Shown here: piece by piece, positions 9,031 through 17,666 of the stretch
Layout of the letters: each line of letters starts with the position of its first letter
Position numbering within the stretch: the first letter of the stretch is position 1
Assembly (NCBI RefSeq): GCF_006345805.1
Contig: NW_021824151.1
Coordinates: forward strand, 1 to 21,598
DNA from: Octopus sinensis
Taxonomy: Eukaryota
Direction of reading: 5' to 3'
DNA: 21,598 bases
Position numbers and translations under genes: made by a program
The notes under the pieces: generated by a model
What the model was told of the DNA's origin: nothing
The model's database searches: none
The model's input: only the letters and a program-made list of their open reading frames with translations

Positions 9031-9910
9031 GCTTCACCACACGAACTCATATAAAGAATCTTGCAAACCAAATCCAACAACGAAATATACCTGTATATTT
9101 ATTTGTTTTTCCCTGTTACCTACTCACAGGTATCTATCGACCAACTCATGTATCTCTGTTTTTGCATTTTGTGTTTTGCTGTTTCTTTCAAAACTATGCA
9201 ATTTCGATGAAAATCGTAAGCAGAGCGGGGGCGGGTTGTTGGACCAAATTCTAATTGTACATTTATTTACATAGCACATTGTCTGCTCAGATACCGTATC
9301 TATTATCTGTCTGTCTATAGTTGTACATTTAAAAAAAGGATATATGAATTAAAGTACGTGTTCTACCACCAGGACAAAGAAAATCAAACATTTAGGACTG
9401 GTGCCCTTCATCAAGAAAAGAACGACCTCCACCTCGTCTCAATTTCTTTTGTGTGTGGTTACACTTCCAAGTTACTTTCAGTTTGGTTTCGTGAAGCAGA
9501 AATCACCTGGAAGTCCTCCACGAGCCAACGAAGTGCGGTGGGTGTGACGTTGCTTTTACGAGGCCATTCGACCTTTTAGAAATAGCAGCAAATAGACCCT
9601 CAAATCACACCCAATCATCTTATACGACGAAAACCCACATGGTCATAGATGAAGTGGAATGGTTTTCATGATGCACGCATCTCTTGGTCAGTAGTAGTAA
9701 CAATGCGTTAATGTTTGTACACTTACACCGTTGAGATTGTGGTCACCAAAAAGATGCAGAAAACGTCACGAATATATATAAAAGGAATATCTATCTATTT
9801 ACGTGTGTGCGCGTATGTAAGTTTATATCAAGTAATGGAACGCAACACATACCGAATTTGTATTAACAAGTAAGTTTTTTTTATTAAATATAAGTATATA
9901 TAAGTATATA

Positions 9911-10316
9911 GGCGCAGGAGTGGCTGTGTGGTAAGTAGCTTGTTTACCAACCACACGGTTCCGGGTTCAGTCTCACTGCATGGCACCTTGGGCAAGTATC
10001 TTCTACTATAGCCTCAGACCGACCAAAGCCTTGTGAGTAGATTTGGTAGACGGAAACTGAAAGAAGCCCGTCGTATATATGTATATGTGTGTGTGTTTGT
10101 GTGTCTGTGTTTGTCCCCCTAGCATTGCTTGACAACCGATGCTGGTGTGTTTATGTCCTCGTTACTTAGCGGTTCGGCAAAAGAGACCGATAGAATAAGT
10201 ACTGGGCTTACAAAAAAAAAAAAGAATATGTCCCGGGGTCGATTTCCTCGACTAAAGGCGGTGCTCCAGCATGGCCGCAGTCAAGTGACTGAAACATGTA
10301 AAAGAGAGTAAAGAGT
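9911..10316 (+). mobile_element. SINE family A, full-length
   Basis: Colinear with 5581-6002 from ggcgcaggagtggc to the gtaaaagagagtaaagagt tail. Confidence 0.95.
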
Positions 10317-10671
10317 ATACACATATAGGCATATATGTATATACATGCACTCATGTATGTGTACACGTACACACATATATATATGCATACATATGACAGA
10401 CTTTAAAATAATGATGTGCATGTGTATGCCCCCCCACACACACACACATCTCACTGCATTCCCCCCACCGTCCATCTTTCACCCGCCTCTTGCAAGCTTA
10501 CCCACCCACATCAATCCGTGGCCCTCTTCACTATATACACTGCCCTGTAATCTGGCGTAAGCTCTTCCCACCTTCTCATCTTCTCTCTATCATTTCTTTC
10601 TCTTCTAACCTGGGGCAGCCATATTTTTTCTCTAAAGCAAAACATCTTTTTTTTTTGTCCCTCAAAACTAC

Positions 10672-10890
10672 TTGTCTTGCAAATTACTTGGTGGCTTCAC
10701 TGTCACTGGTGCCATGTAAAAAGCACCCAGTACACTCTGTAAAGTGGTTGGTGTTAGGAAGGACATCCAACTGTAGAAACCATGCCAGGGCAGACAGCAG
10801 AGTTTGATGCTGTCTTCTGACTTGCCAGTTCCTGTTGAACTGCCCAACTCATGCCAACATGGAAAATGGACGTTAAATGACGAGGATAAT
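10672..10890 (+). mobile_element. RTE-tailed element (older subfamily)
   Basis: gtaaaaagcaccc...gttggtgttaggaaggacatcc...ccaacatggaaaatggacgttaaatgacgag. Confidence 0.75.
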
Positions 10891-11074
10891 ACATACATAT
10901 GTGCATCATTGTTCAGTTTTATTTGAAGATTTCTTGCCAATAGAGAGCGGGTTTCTAGCCTAGATCCAAGGGTCTTTCATTGGAATTTCAACATCATCAA
11001 CAGGGTATTTCTGCTTGTTTGTATGTATGCCTATGTGCAGATTTGTATGTTTTGTTTTATGTATGGTTTTAACC

Positions 11075-11284
11075 TTGCAAGGTACTTGGTGACCCTGTCA
11101 GTGCTGATGCCAGGTAAGAGCATCCAGTACACTTTGTAAAATGGTTGGCATTAGGAAGAGCATTTGGCTGTAGAAACCCTGCCAAAACAGACAATGGACT
11201 CCAGTGTGACCCCTGGCCTTGCCAGCACCTGTCAAACTACCCAACCCATGCCAGCATGGAAAATGGGTATTAAATGATAATGAT
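11075..11284 (+). mobile_element. RTE-tailed element (older subfamily)
   Basis: ttgcaaggtacttggtgaccctgtcagtgc...gttggcattaggaagagcat...ccatgccagcatggaaaatgggtattaaatgataatgat. Confidence 0.75.
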
Positions 11285-11327
11285 CTTGGGATCATGTGTG
11301 CAACACCCTAACCACTAGACCCTACAC
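11282..11327 (-). mobile_element. Possible tRNA-like SINE head fragment (another family)
   Basis: Minus strand gtgtagggtcTAGTGGTTAGGgtgttgcacacatgatcccaagatc resembles a tRNA D-arm/A-box; B-box absent, cut by the adjacent element. Confidence 0.35.
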
Positions 11328-11519
11328 GTTGACATCACTTTGACACCTGACACGTGGTACATTGCACACCTGTTCAGGCAACATTGATTTGAGGGAGGGA
11401 GGGAGGGAGGAAGCTAATGTGCAGCACATGCATTTGATCACTAAAAAGAAATCATTTATACAGAATCACGTTTCTTGGACTACAAAGACAACTATCATAT
11501 GTGTGTGTGTGTGTGTATA

Positions 11520-11570
11520 TCATCATCATCATCATCATTTAGCAATCCGTGTTCCATGCTAGCTCGGGTG
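11520..11570 (-). mobile_element. RTE tail fragment
   Basis: (atc)n atttagcaatccgtgttccatgctagc. Confidence 0.6.
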
Positions 11571-11571
11571 G

Positions 11572-11593
11572 ATATATATATATATATATATTA

Positions 11594-11629
<36 letters not shown>

Positions 11630-11655
11630 TATAATATATATGTAATATAATATAA
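11572..11655. repeat. (TA)n microsatellite
   Basis: TA run with TAA/TGTAA interruptions. Confidence 0.92.
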
Positions 11656-11664
11656 ATTAAATTT

Positions 11665-11880
11665 AGATAAGGCTGGTTTATGGGATTACCCTGGGTGTCA
11701 TGTTCATAAAGCGCTTAACTTTATGGGAATCATCAGATCCTAAAACCTGTTGGCTTAATACCTCTCTAGTGAGTGGCCTCTCTAGAATATGGATGAGGAA
11801 ACAACACACTTTATTTATATTATATACTGCTCTATGACTCAGAGCATGCTTCCTTTTCGAATTTATGGCTTACCGATGAG
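11665..11880 (-). mobile_element. TA-flanked dispersed repeat, homologous to 19794-19925
   Basis: Reverse complement cataaattcgaaaaggaagcatgctctgagtcatagagcag aligns with cataaatctgaaaggagaagcacactctaagatgtagagcaa at 19807-19848; both regions contain gg(t/g)ttatgggatta. Confidence 0.6.
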
Positions 11881-12041
11881 ATATATATATATATAAATAA
11901 ACTTACTTGGAGGATAAGAAATGAAACGAAACGATGCGTGGCGCTCAGTCATAGAATAACAATTTAACAAATGAAACATATACATACATATATGTACATA
12001 CCTACATCTATATGTATATATACTTGCATATATATATATAT

Positions 12042-12153
12042 ATGAGTACAGGACATCACAAAAAAAAGTTAATACAAAGTCCGTTTCCTTGTTTGTTTTT
12101 ATGTTTTCGTTTCTCGTTGTGTTCTACGTTTATTTGTGGTGTCCTGTACTCAT
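12042..12153. repeat. TA-flanked mini-element with 21-bp terminal inverted repeats
   Basis: atgagtacaggacatcacaaa ... tttgtggtgtcctgtactcat (1 mismatch). Confidence 0.85.
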
Positions 12154-12171
12154 ATATATATATATATATCT

Positions 12172-12711
12172 CGTTGCCAGCCTCGCCTGGCCCCGTGCCG
12201 GTGACACGTAAAAGCACCGTCCGTTCGTGGCCGGTTGCCTGCTCCGTCTTGCCCCGTGTCGGTGGCACATAAAAGCACACCGTCCGTTCGTGTCCGTTGC
12301 CAGCCTCAGCTGGCCCCGTGCCGGTGACACGTAAAGCACACCGTCCGTTCGTGGCCGGTGCCTGCTCTGTCTTGCCCCGTGTCTGTGGCACGTAAAAGCA
12401 CCATCCGTTCGTGTTCGTTGCCAGCCTCGGCTGGCCCCCCTTACAGGTGACACGTAAAAGCACCGTCCGTTCATGGCCGTTTGCCAGCTCTGTCTGGCCC
12501 CGTTGTCGGTGCACGTAAAACCACCATCCGTTCGTGTTCGTAGCCAGCCTCGGCTGGCCCCCGTGCAGGTGAACGTAAAGCACCGTCCGTTCGTGGCCGT
12601 TTGCCAGCTCTGTCTGACCCCGTGCTGGTGACACGTAAAAACACAACCATCCGTTCGTGGCCGTTCGCCATCTCTGTCTGGCACCTGTGCAGGTGGCACG
12701 TAAAAAATACC
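12172..12711 (+). repeat. GC-rich minisatellite, 9 units of ~60 bp with A/B alternation
   Basis: Unit approximately cgttgccagcctcg.ctggccccgtgccggtgacacgtaaaagcaccgtccgttcgtggc, repeated 9 times. Confidence 0.93.
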
Positions 12712-12880
12712 CACTACACTCGCGGATTGTTGGCGTTAGGAAGGGCATCCAGCCGTAGAAACACTGCCAAATCTGACTGGGCCTGATGAAGCCTTCCGGC
12801 TTCACAGACCCCAGTTAAACCGTCCAACCCATGCTAGCATGGAAAACGGACGCTAAATGATGATGATGATGATGATGATG
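12172..12880 (+). mobile_element. RTE LINE 3'UTR (including the array) with (GAT)n tail
   Basis: Array runs directly into cccactacactc...ggcgttaggaagggcatccagccgtagaaac...catgctagcatggaaaacggacgctaaa(tga)n. Confidence 0.88.
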
Positions 12881-12924
12881 TATATATACATATAGATGTA
12901 GGTATGTACATATATGTATGTATG

Positions 12925-12958
<34 letters not shown>

Positions 12959-13151
12959 ACACATACACAAAGTATAGGGGATTAGGTATGCTAGGTAAGT
13001 GGTGTAACGGATTACTGGGGGTCCAAGGTTATATCCGAGATAGTAGTTATGGAGCCATTGCAGATTTCCGATGCAGTGGATATATAATTGTTAAAGAGGA
13101 CAGCAAACGTTGAGGCAAGGAAAACATGTCGATGTTTACCTTAATGTTCGT

Positions 13152-13518
13152 TGTTGTGTGGTAAGTAGCTTGCTTACCAACCACATGGTTCCCGGTTCAG
13201 TCCCACTGCGTGGCACCTTAGGCAGGTGTCTTCTACTATAGCCTTGGGCCGACCTAAGCCTTGTGAGTGGATTTGGTAGACAGAAACTGAAAGAAGCCTG
13301 TCGTATTTATGTGTGTGTGTGTGTGGTTGTATATGTTTGTGTGTCTGTGTTTGTCCCCCCAACATCGCTTGACAACCGATGCTGGTGTGTTTATGTCCCC
13401 GTAACTTAGCAGTTCGGCAAGAGAGACCAATAGAATAAGTACTAGGCTTACAAAGAATAAGTCCTGGGGTCGATTTACTGACTAAAGGCGGTGCTCCAGC
13501 ATGGCTGCAGTCAAATGA
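13152..13518 (+). mobile_element. SINE family A, near full-length
   Basis: tgtgtggtaagtagc through gctccagcatggctgcagtcaaatga. Confidence 0.93.
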
Positions 13519-13526
13519 ATATATAT

Positions 13527-13696
13527 TATCATCATCATCATCATTTAGCGTTCGCTTTCCATGCTAGCATGGGTTGGACAGTTCAACTGGGGTCTGTGAA
13601 GCCAGAAGGCTGCACCAGTCCCAGTCTGATCTGGCAGTGTTTCTACGGCTGGATGCCCTTCCTAACGCCAACCACTCCGTGAGTGTAGTGGGTGCT
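13527..13696 (-). mobile_element. RTE LINE 3' end
   Basis: (atc)n tttagcgttcgctttccatgctagcatggg...ttctacggctggatgcccttcctaacgccaaccactccgtgagtgtagtgggtgc. Confidence 0.9.
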
Positions 13697-13715
13697 ATAT
13701 ATATATATATATATA

Positions 13716-13840
13716 CCGGAGTAAACACATAAATGTGAAACAGGTGGAAAAAAAGAATACTCAATAAATATGCTTTATTTAAAGCAGCAGAAAATTCAAC
13801 AAATTTTGTTGAATCTTCTGCTGCTTTAAATAAAGTATAT
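13716..13840. repeat. TA-flanked element ending in a ~36-bp-arm palindrome
   Basis: atatgctttatttaaagcagcagaaaattcaacaaa-t-tttgttgaatcttctgctgctttaaataaagtatat at 13768-13840. Confidence 0.85.
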
Positions 13841-13949
13841 ATATATATATTTATATATATATATATAAAATAATAAATAATATTAGGGTAATAAGAATTA
13901 TACCAGTGGCCTAGCACAAAAAAAATAAGTCAATAGACTATATATTATT

Positions 13950-14021
13950 CACATAAAAATATCGTGTACATTATCGTTGAAGCCTCTTAGTATGTTTTAA
14001 TGTACACGATATTTTTATGTG
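13950..14021. repeat. Perfect 24-bp inverted repeat with 24-nt spacer
   Basis: cacataaaaatatcgtgtacatta / taatgtacacgatatttttatgtg. Confidence 0.9.
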
Positions 14022-14258
14022 TATATATATACATAAGTGGTTGGACGTATGAAAGAAAATGGCATTCAACACATTTTTCAGTTGTTATATATATAATTTA
14101 ATAACTGTTTGACTTGGCTCCATGTAACTTAGTTGTTTTGTCGAATAAACCTATTTTATCAGGCAGGTAGAGGAGAGTTACCTGTTGAGACTGATTCATT
14201 GTGCAAGCCCATATAATACTTTAAAATGCATGGAGTTAAGTCGAACTGTTATTTTGTA

Positions 14259-14583
14259 TATCATCCTCATCATCGTTTAACGTCCACCTTCCATGCAAGC
14301 ATGAGTGGGACGGTTTCTCAAGAGCCAGCCTGGCAGAAGCCTGCAACAGACTTCTGTGACTGATTTGGCAAGATTTTTACACCTGGATGCCTTTCCTTTC
14401 TAACACCAACTACTCAGCAGAGTGGACTTAGTGCTTTTTACGTGGCACAAGCACAGGCGAGGTTAGTTTTGGCAAGGTTTTTACAATTGGATGCCCTTCC
14501 AAACACCAACAACTTTACAATGTGAACTGGGTGCTTTTAAGTGGCACCTGCACTGACAGGGTCACCAAGTACTTGCAAGACAA
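14259..14583 (-). mobile_element. RTE-tailed element (older subfamily) with internal ~100-bp tandem duplication
   Basis: atcatcgtttaacgtccaccttccatgc...; the block ttggcaag.tttttac..ggatgcc...aacaccaac...gtgctttt occurs at ~14367 and ~14469. Confidence 0.75.
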
Positions 14584-14644
14584 AAACAAAATATAAATTT
14601 ATAAAACCAGATGGAATACACACATACACACATTAGTCAGAATG

Positions 14645-14730
14645 ATCAAAACATTGGTAGAAATACCTTGTGGTATCTATTCTGGGACCTTGTATTCTTA
14701 GTTCAAATCCCACTGCTGTAGACTTAATCC
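14645..14730 (+). mobile_element. Possible diverged SINE family B head
   Basis: aaataccttgtggtatc...ttcttagttcaaatcccactgctgtagactt. Confidence 0.4.
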
Positions 14731-14924
14731 ACTTCCTGGTTTGTCACCCCACCCACCCACCCCTCCTTTAGTACAGACCACTCTGTTGTACTCGAACCAG
14801 TTCTCTGGTCCAGGGATCCCTTTTCTATCTCTCTATCAGTCTCAAAGACCCAGTAAAGTGTCATGAACATTGCTCTTCTTTCCTGAGAGATATGAACTCT
14901 CTCTATGTGTGTGTGTGTGTGTTT

Positions 14925-15290
14925 TGAGATTTGGGGTTCAGTCCCACTGCATGGCACCTTAGGCAAGTGTCTTCTATTATAACCTCGGATTGATCAATAC
15001 TGTGTGAGTATATTTGGTAGATGGAAACTGTGTGGAAGCCTGTAGCCTGTATAGGTGTATGTGTGTGTGTTTGTGTCCCTCCTGCCACTTAGTAATTAGT
15101 GTTGGTTTATGGCCTTATGACGTAGCAGTTCAGCAATTTGGACCAATGGAATAAGTACCAGGCTTAGAAAAAAATAAAAAAGAACCATAAGTACTAGGGT
15201 CAATTATTTCTTCAACTAAATCCCTTCAAGGCTATGCTCCAGCAAGGCTGCAGTCCAATGATTGAAACAAGTAACACACAAAAGGGTAAC
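14925..15290 (+). mobile_element. SINE family A, diverged and 5'-truncated
   Basis: ggggttcagtcccactgcatggcaccttaggcaagtgtc...ttcaaggctatgctccagcaaggctgcagtccaatgattgaaacaag. Confidence 0.85.
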
Positions 15291-15475
15291 AGATATCTGT
15301 GCAACCATTAACCCAGAAACATTTTTCTGTTTCTGTTCTTTTTTCCCTTCTTTTCTGTAGAAAAGCATAGGCTTGAAATGTCAATCCAATACACCATGTT
15401 TGTCATTCCCTCACCTGCCTCTGTTGCTTTTTTTTTGTACAATTTGGAACCATATATATAAATATATATATATAT

Positions 15476-15648
15476 AGGGAGAGTTTGCGAAAAAAAAAAC
15501 AATAGACGAAGACAGGTGGTGTAGAAAACAAACAAATGTATTAGTATAAACGCTCAGGAATAGAAGAAGTCTTTTACGTTTCGAGCCTACGCTCTTCTAC
15601 AGAAAGGGACATAGAAAAAACAAGGAGAGTAGTGTGTAGTGGCTAACG

Positions 15649-15652
<4 letters not shown>
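15476..15652 (-). mobile_element. Microsatellite-flanked repeat carrying a hammerhead-like motif (probable Penelope-like terminal fragment)
   Basis: Starts at a (TA)n run, ends at a (CT)n/(TA)n run; contains the motif at 15571-15606. Confidence 0.5.
15571..15606 (-). ncRNA. Minimal type I hammerhead-ribozyme-like motif
   Basis: Minus strand CUUU-CUGUAGA-A-GAGC-GUAG-GCUC-GAAA-CGUA-AAAG: stem I CUUU/AAAG, perfect stem II with tetraloop, GAAA, palindromic ACGU stem III, GUA triplet; one core deviation (A6 to U). Confidence 0.62.
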
Positions 15653-15693
<41 letters not shown>

Positions 15694-15740
15694 TAATATA
15701 TATATATATAATATATATATATAATATATATATATATACA
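15652..15740. repeat. (CT)n-(TA)n compound microsatellite
   Basis: Direct repeats. Confidence 0.95.
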
Positions 15741-15741
15741 T

Positions 15742-15981
15742 GTGCAGACGTGGCTATGTGGTAAGTTGCATGCTTACCAACCACATAGTTCAGGGTTCAG
15801 TCCACTACATGGTACCTGGGCAAGTGTCTTCCACTATTGCCTCGTGCCGACCAAAGTCTTGTGAGTGGATTTGGTAGACAGAATCTAAAAAAAGTCCGTT
15901 GTATATATATGTATATATGTATATATAATATATATATATGTATATGTATATATATATATATGTATATGTATATATATATAT

Positions 15982-16014
<33 letters not shown>

Positions 16015-16171
16015 GTATATATGTATATATTATATATATATGTATATATGTATATATGTATGTATATGTATATATATATATATATAGATATATGTATATA
16101 TGTATATATGTATGTATATATGTATATATGTATATATATGTATGTATATATGTTAATATATATGTATATAT

Positions 16172-16209
<38 letters not shown>

Positions 16210-16440
16210 ATATATATATTATATATATATATATATAATATTTGTGTCCCCCCCACCATTCGCTTGACAACCTGTGTTGGAATGTTTACGTCACCATAAC
16301 TTAGCGGTTCGGCAAAAGACCGATACAATAAGTACTAGGTTTACAAAGAATAAGTCCTGGGGTCGATTTATTCGACTAAATGCAGTGCTCCAGCTTGGCC
16401 GCAGTCAAATGACTGAATCAAGTAGAAGAATAGAAGAATA
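15742..16440 (+). mobile_element. SINE family A with internal TA tract expanded to ~345 bp
   Basis: 5' half 15742-15900, (TA/TATG)n ~15900-16240, 3' half from tttgtgtccccc to gactgaatcaagtagaagaatagaagaata. Confidence 0.9.
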
Positions 16441-16445
16441 TATAT

Positions 16446-16812
16446 AACGTCTGCTTTCCATGCTGGCATGGGTTAGACGGTTTGACTGGAATTGGTAAGC
16501 CACAAAGCTACACCAGGCTCCAATCTGATTTTGGCCTGGTTTCTACAGCTGGATGCCCTTCCTAACACCAACCACTCCATAGTGTGTATTGGGTGCCTTT
16601 TACGTGTCACCAGTATGAGTGCCCTTCACGTATTAGCGGCACGGGCCACAATTGCGATTTCACTTTTCTTGACCTGTCTTCTCAGGCACAGCGAATCGCC
16701 AAAAGTCTTGGTCACTTGTCGTCGCCTCCTTAACACTCAACATCTGAAGATTATATTTCACCACCTCGTCTCACGTCTTCCATGGTCTATCTCTTCCACA
16801 GGTTCCCTGCAT
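16446..16812 (-). mobile_element. RTE-clade LINE 3' fragment: ORF C-terminus plus 3'UTR
   Basis: Minus-strand translation GTCGRDRPWKT*DEVVKYNLQMLSVKEATTSDQDFWRFAVPEK fits the RTE C-terminal pattern GRPRKTW..VxxDL...DRxxWR; followed by the family 3'UTR. Confidence 0.85.
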
Positions 16813-16814
16813 GT

Positions 16815-16852
<38 letters not shown>

Positions 16853-16872
16853 CATATATATTATATATATAT

Positions 16873-17264
16873 GGATCTTTTCGGTTTGAACAGCAGTTTT
16901 TTCTAGCGGTGTCATATGAAATTGTCACCCATAATTGTGACCCTACTATCGATCTATTGCATTTCAATCTGTTTTAGGGTTATGTTAGGGGTGGGGGGAA
17001 GGGTATCTTTTTTTCTTCACAAATGTAAATAAACCCAATCTGTTTCTTAAACGAAGGACATATTCATACGGCACAGAATGTTTTTTACCTCAATAGATGT
17101 CCTCGATTGGTTGAAATTGAAGAAAAAAAAAACAACAAATATCTTACAAACTATAGAATTTTCTCAATAAAGCCAAGAGAAAAAGATGTTTTTATAAACA
17201 TACTCTACCAGTATACGAAGTTTAAAAGTGTTTAGTTACGTGGAAATTATTTTTAAAAACTGTC
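16873..17264. mobile_element. Non-autonomous DNA-transposon-like element; right end cut by SINE A
   Basis: Left end ggatcttttcggtttgaacagcagttttt; aaaaactgtc at 17255-17264 approximates the inner part of the complementary TIR; internal ttagggttatgttagggg. Confidence 0.55.
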
Positions 17265-17267
17265 ATA

Positions 17268-17666
17268 GGCGCAGGAGTGGCTGTGTGGTAAGTAGCTTGC
17301 TTACTAACCACATGGTTCCGGGTTCAGTCCCACTGCGTGGCATCTTGGGCAAGTGTCTTCTGCTATAGCCCCGGGCCGACCAATGCCTAGTGAGTGGATT
17401 TGGTAGACGGAAACTGAAAGAAGCCCGTCGTATATATGTATATATATATATATATCTATGTGTGTGTTTGTGTGTCTGTGTTTGTCCCCCTCGCATTGTT
17501 TGACAACCGATGCTGGTGTGTTTACGTCCCCGTCACTTAGCGGTTCGGCAAAAGACCGATAGAATAAGTACTAGGCTTACAAAGAATAAGTCCTGGGGTC
17601 GATTTGCTCGACTAAAGGCGGTGCTCCAGCCTGGCCGCAGTCAAATGACTGAAAAGTAAAAGAGAA
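17268..17666 (+). mobile_element. SINE family A, full-length, young (CpG-rich)
   Basis: Colinear with 5581-6002; many CpGs retained. Confidence 0.96.

Noticed and set aside
12172-12711. CRISPR-like periodic array
   Set aside because: Units are contiguous tandem repeats with no unique spacers, in a eukaryotic retroposon context.
12056-12805. 249-aa and 194-aa minus-strand ORFs with repeated TNGRC/GW motifs
   Set aside because: By-products of a GC-rich minisatellite antisense to an RTE 3'UTR; units carry frame-shifting indels and several frames are open.
12783-12805. CTGATGA followed by a small hairpin (agcc-ttcc-ggct)
   Set aside because: No GAAA or cleavage triplet follows; the equivalent position in other RTE copies reads ctggtgca or its complement, so it is a chance variant.
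16973-17002. Telomere-like TTAGGG and G-runs
   Set aside because: Only one exact hexamer plus a degenerate neighbour, inside a dispersed element; not an interstitial telomeric array.
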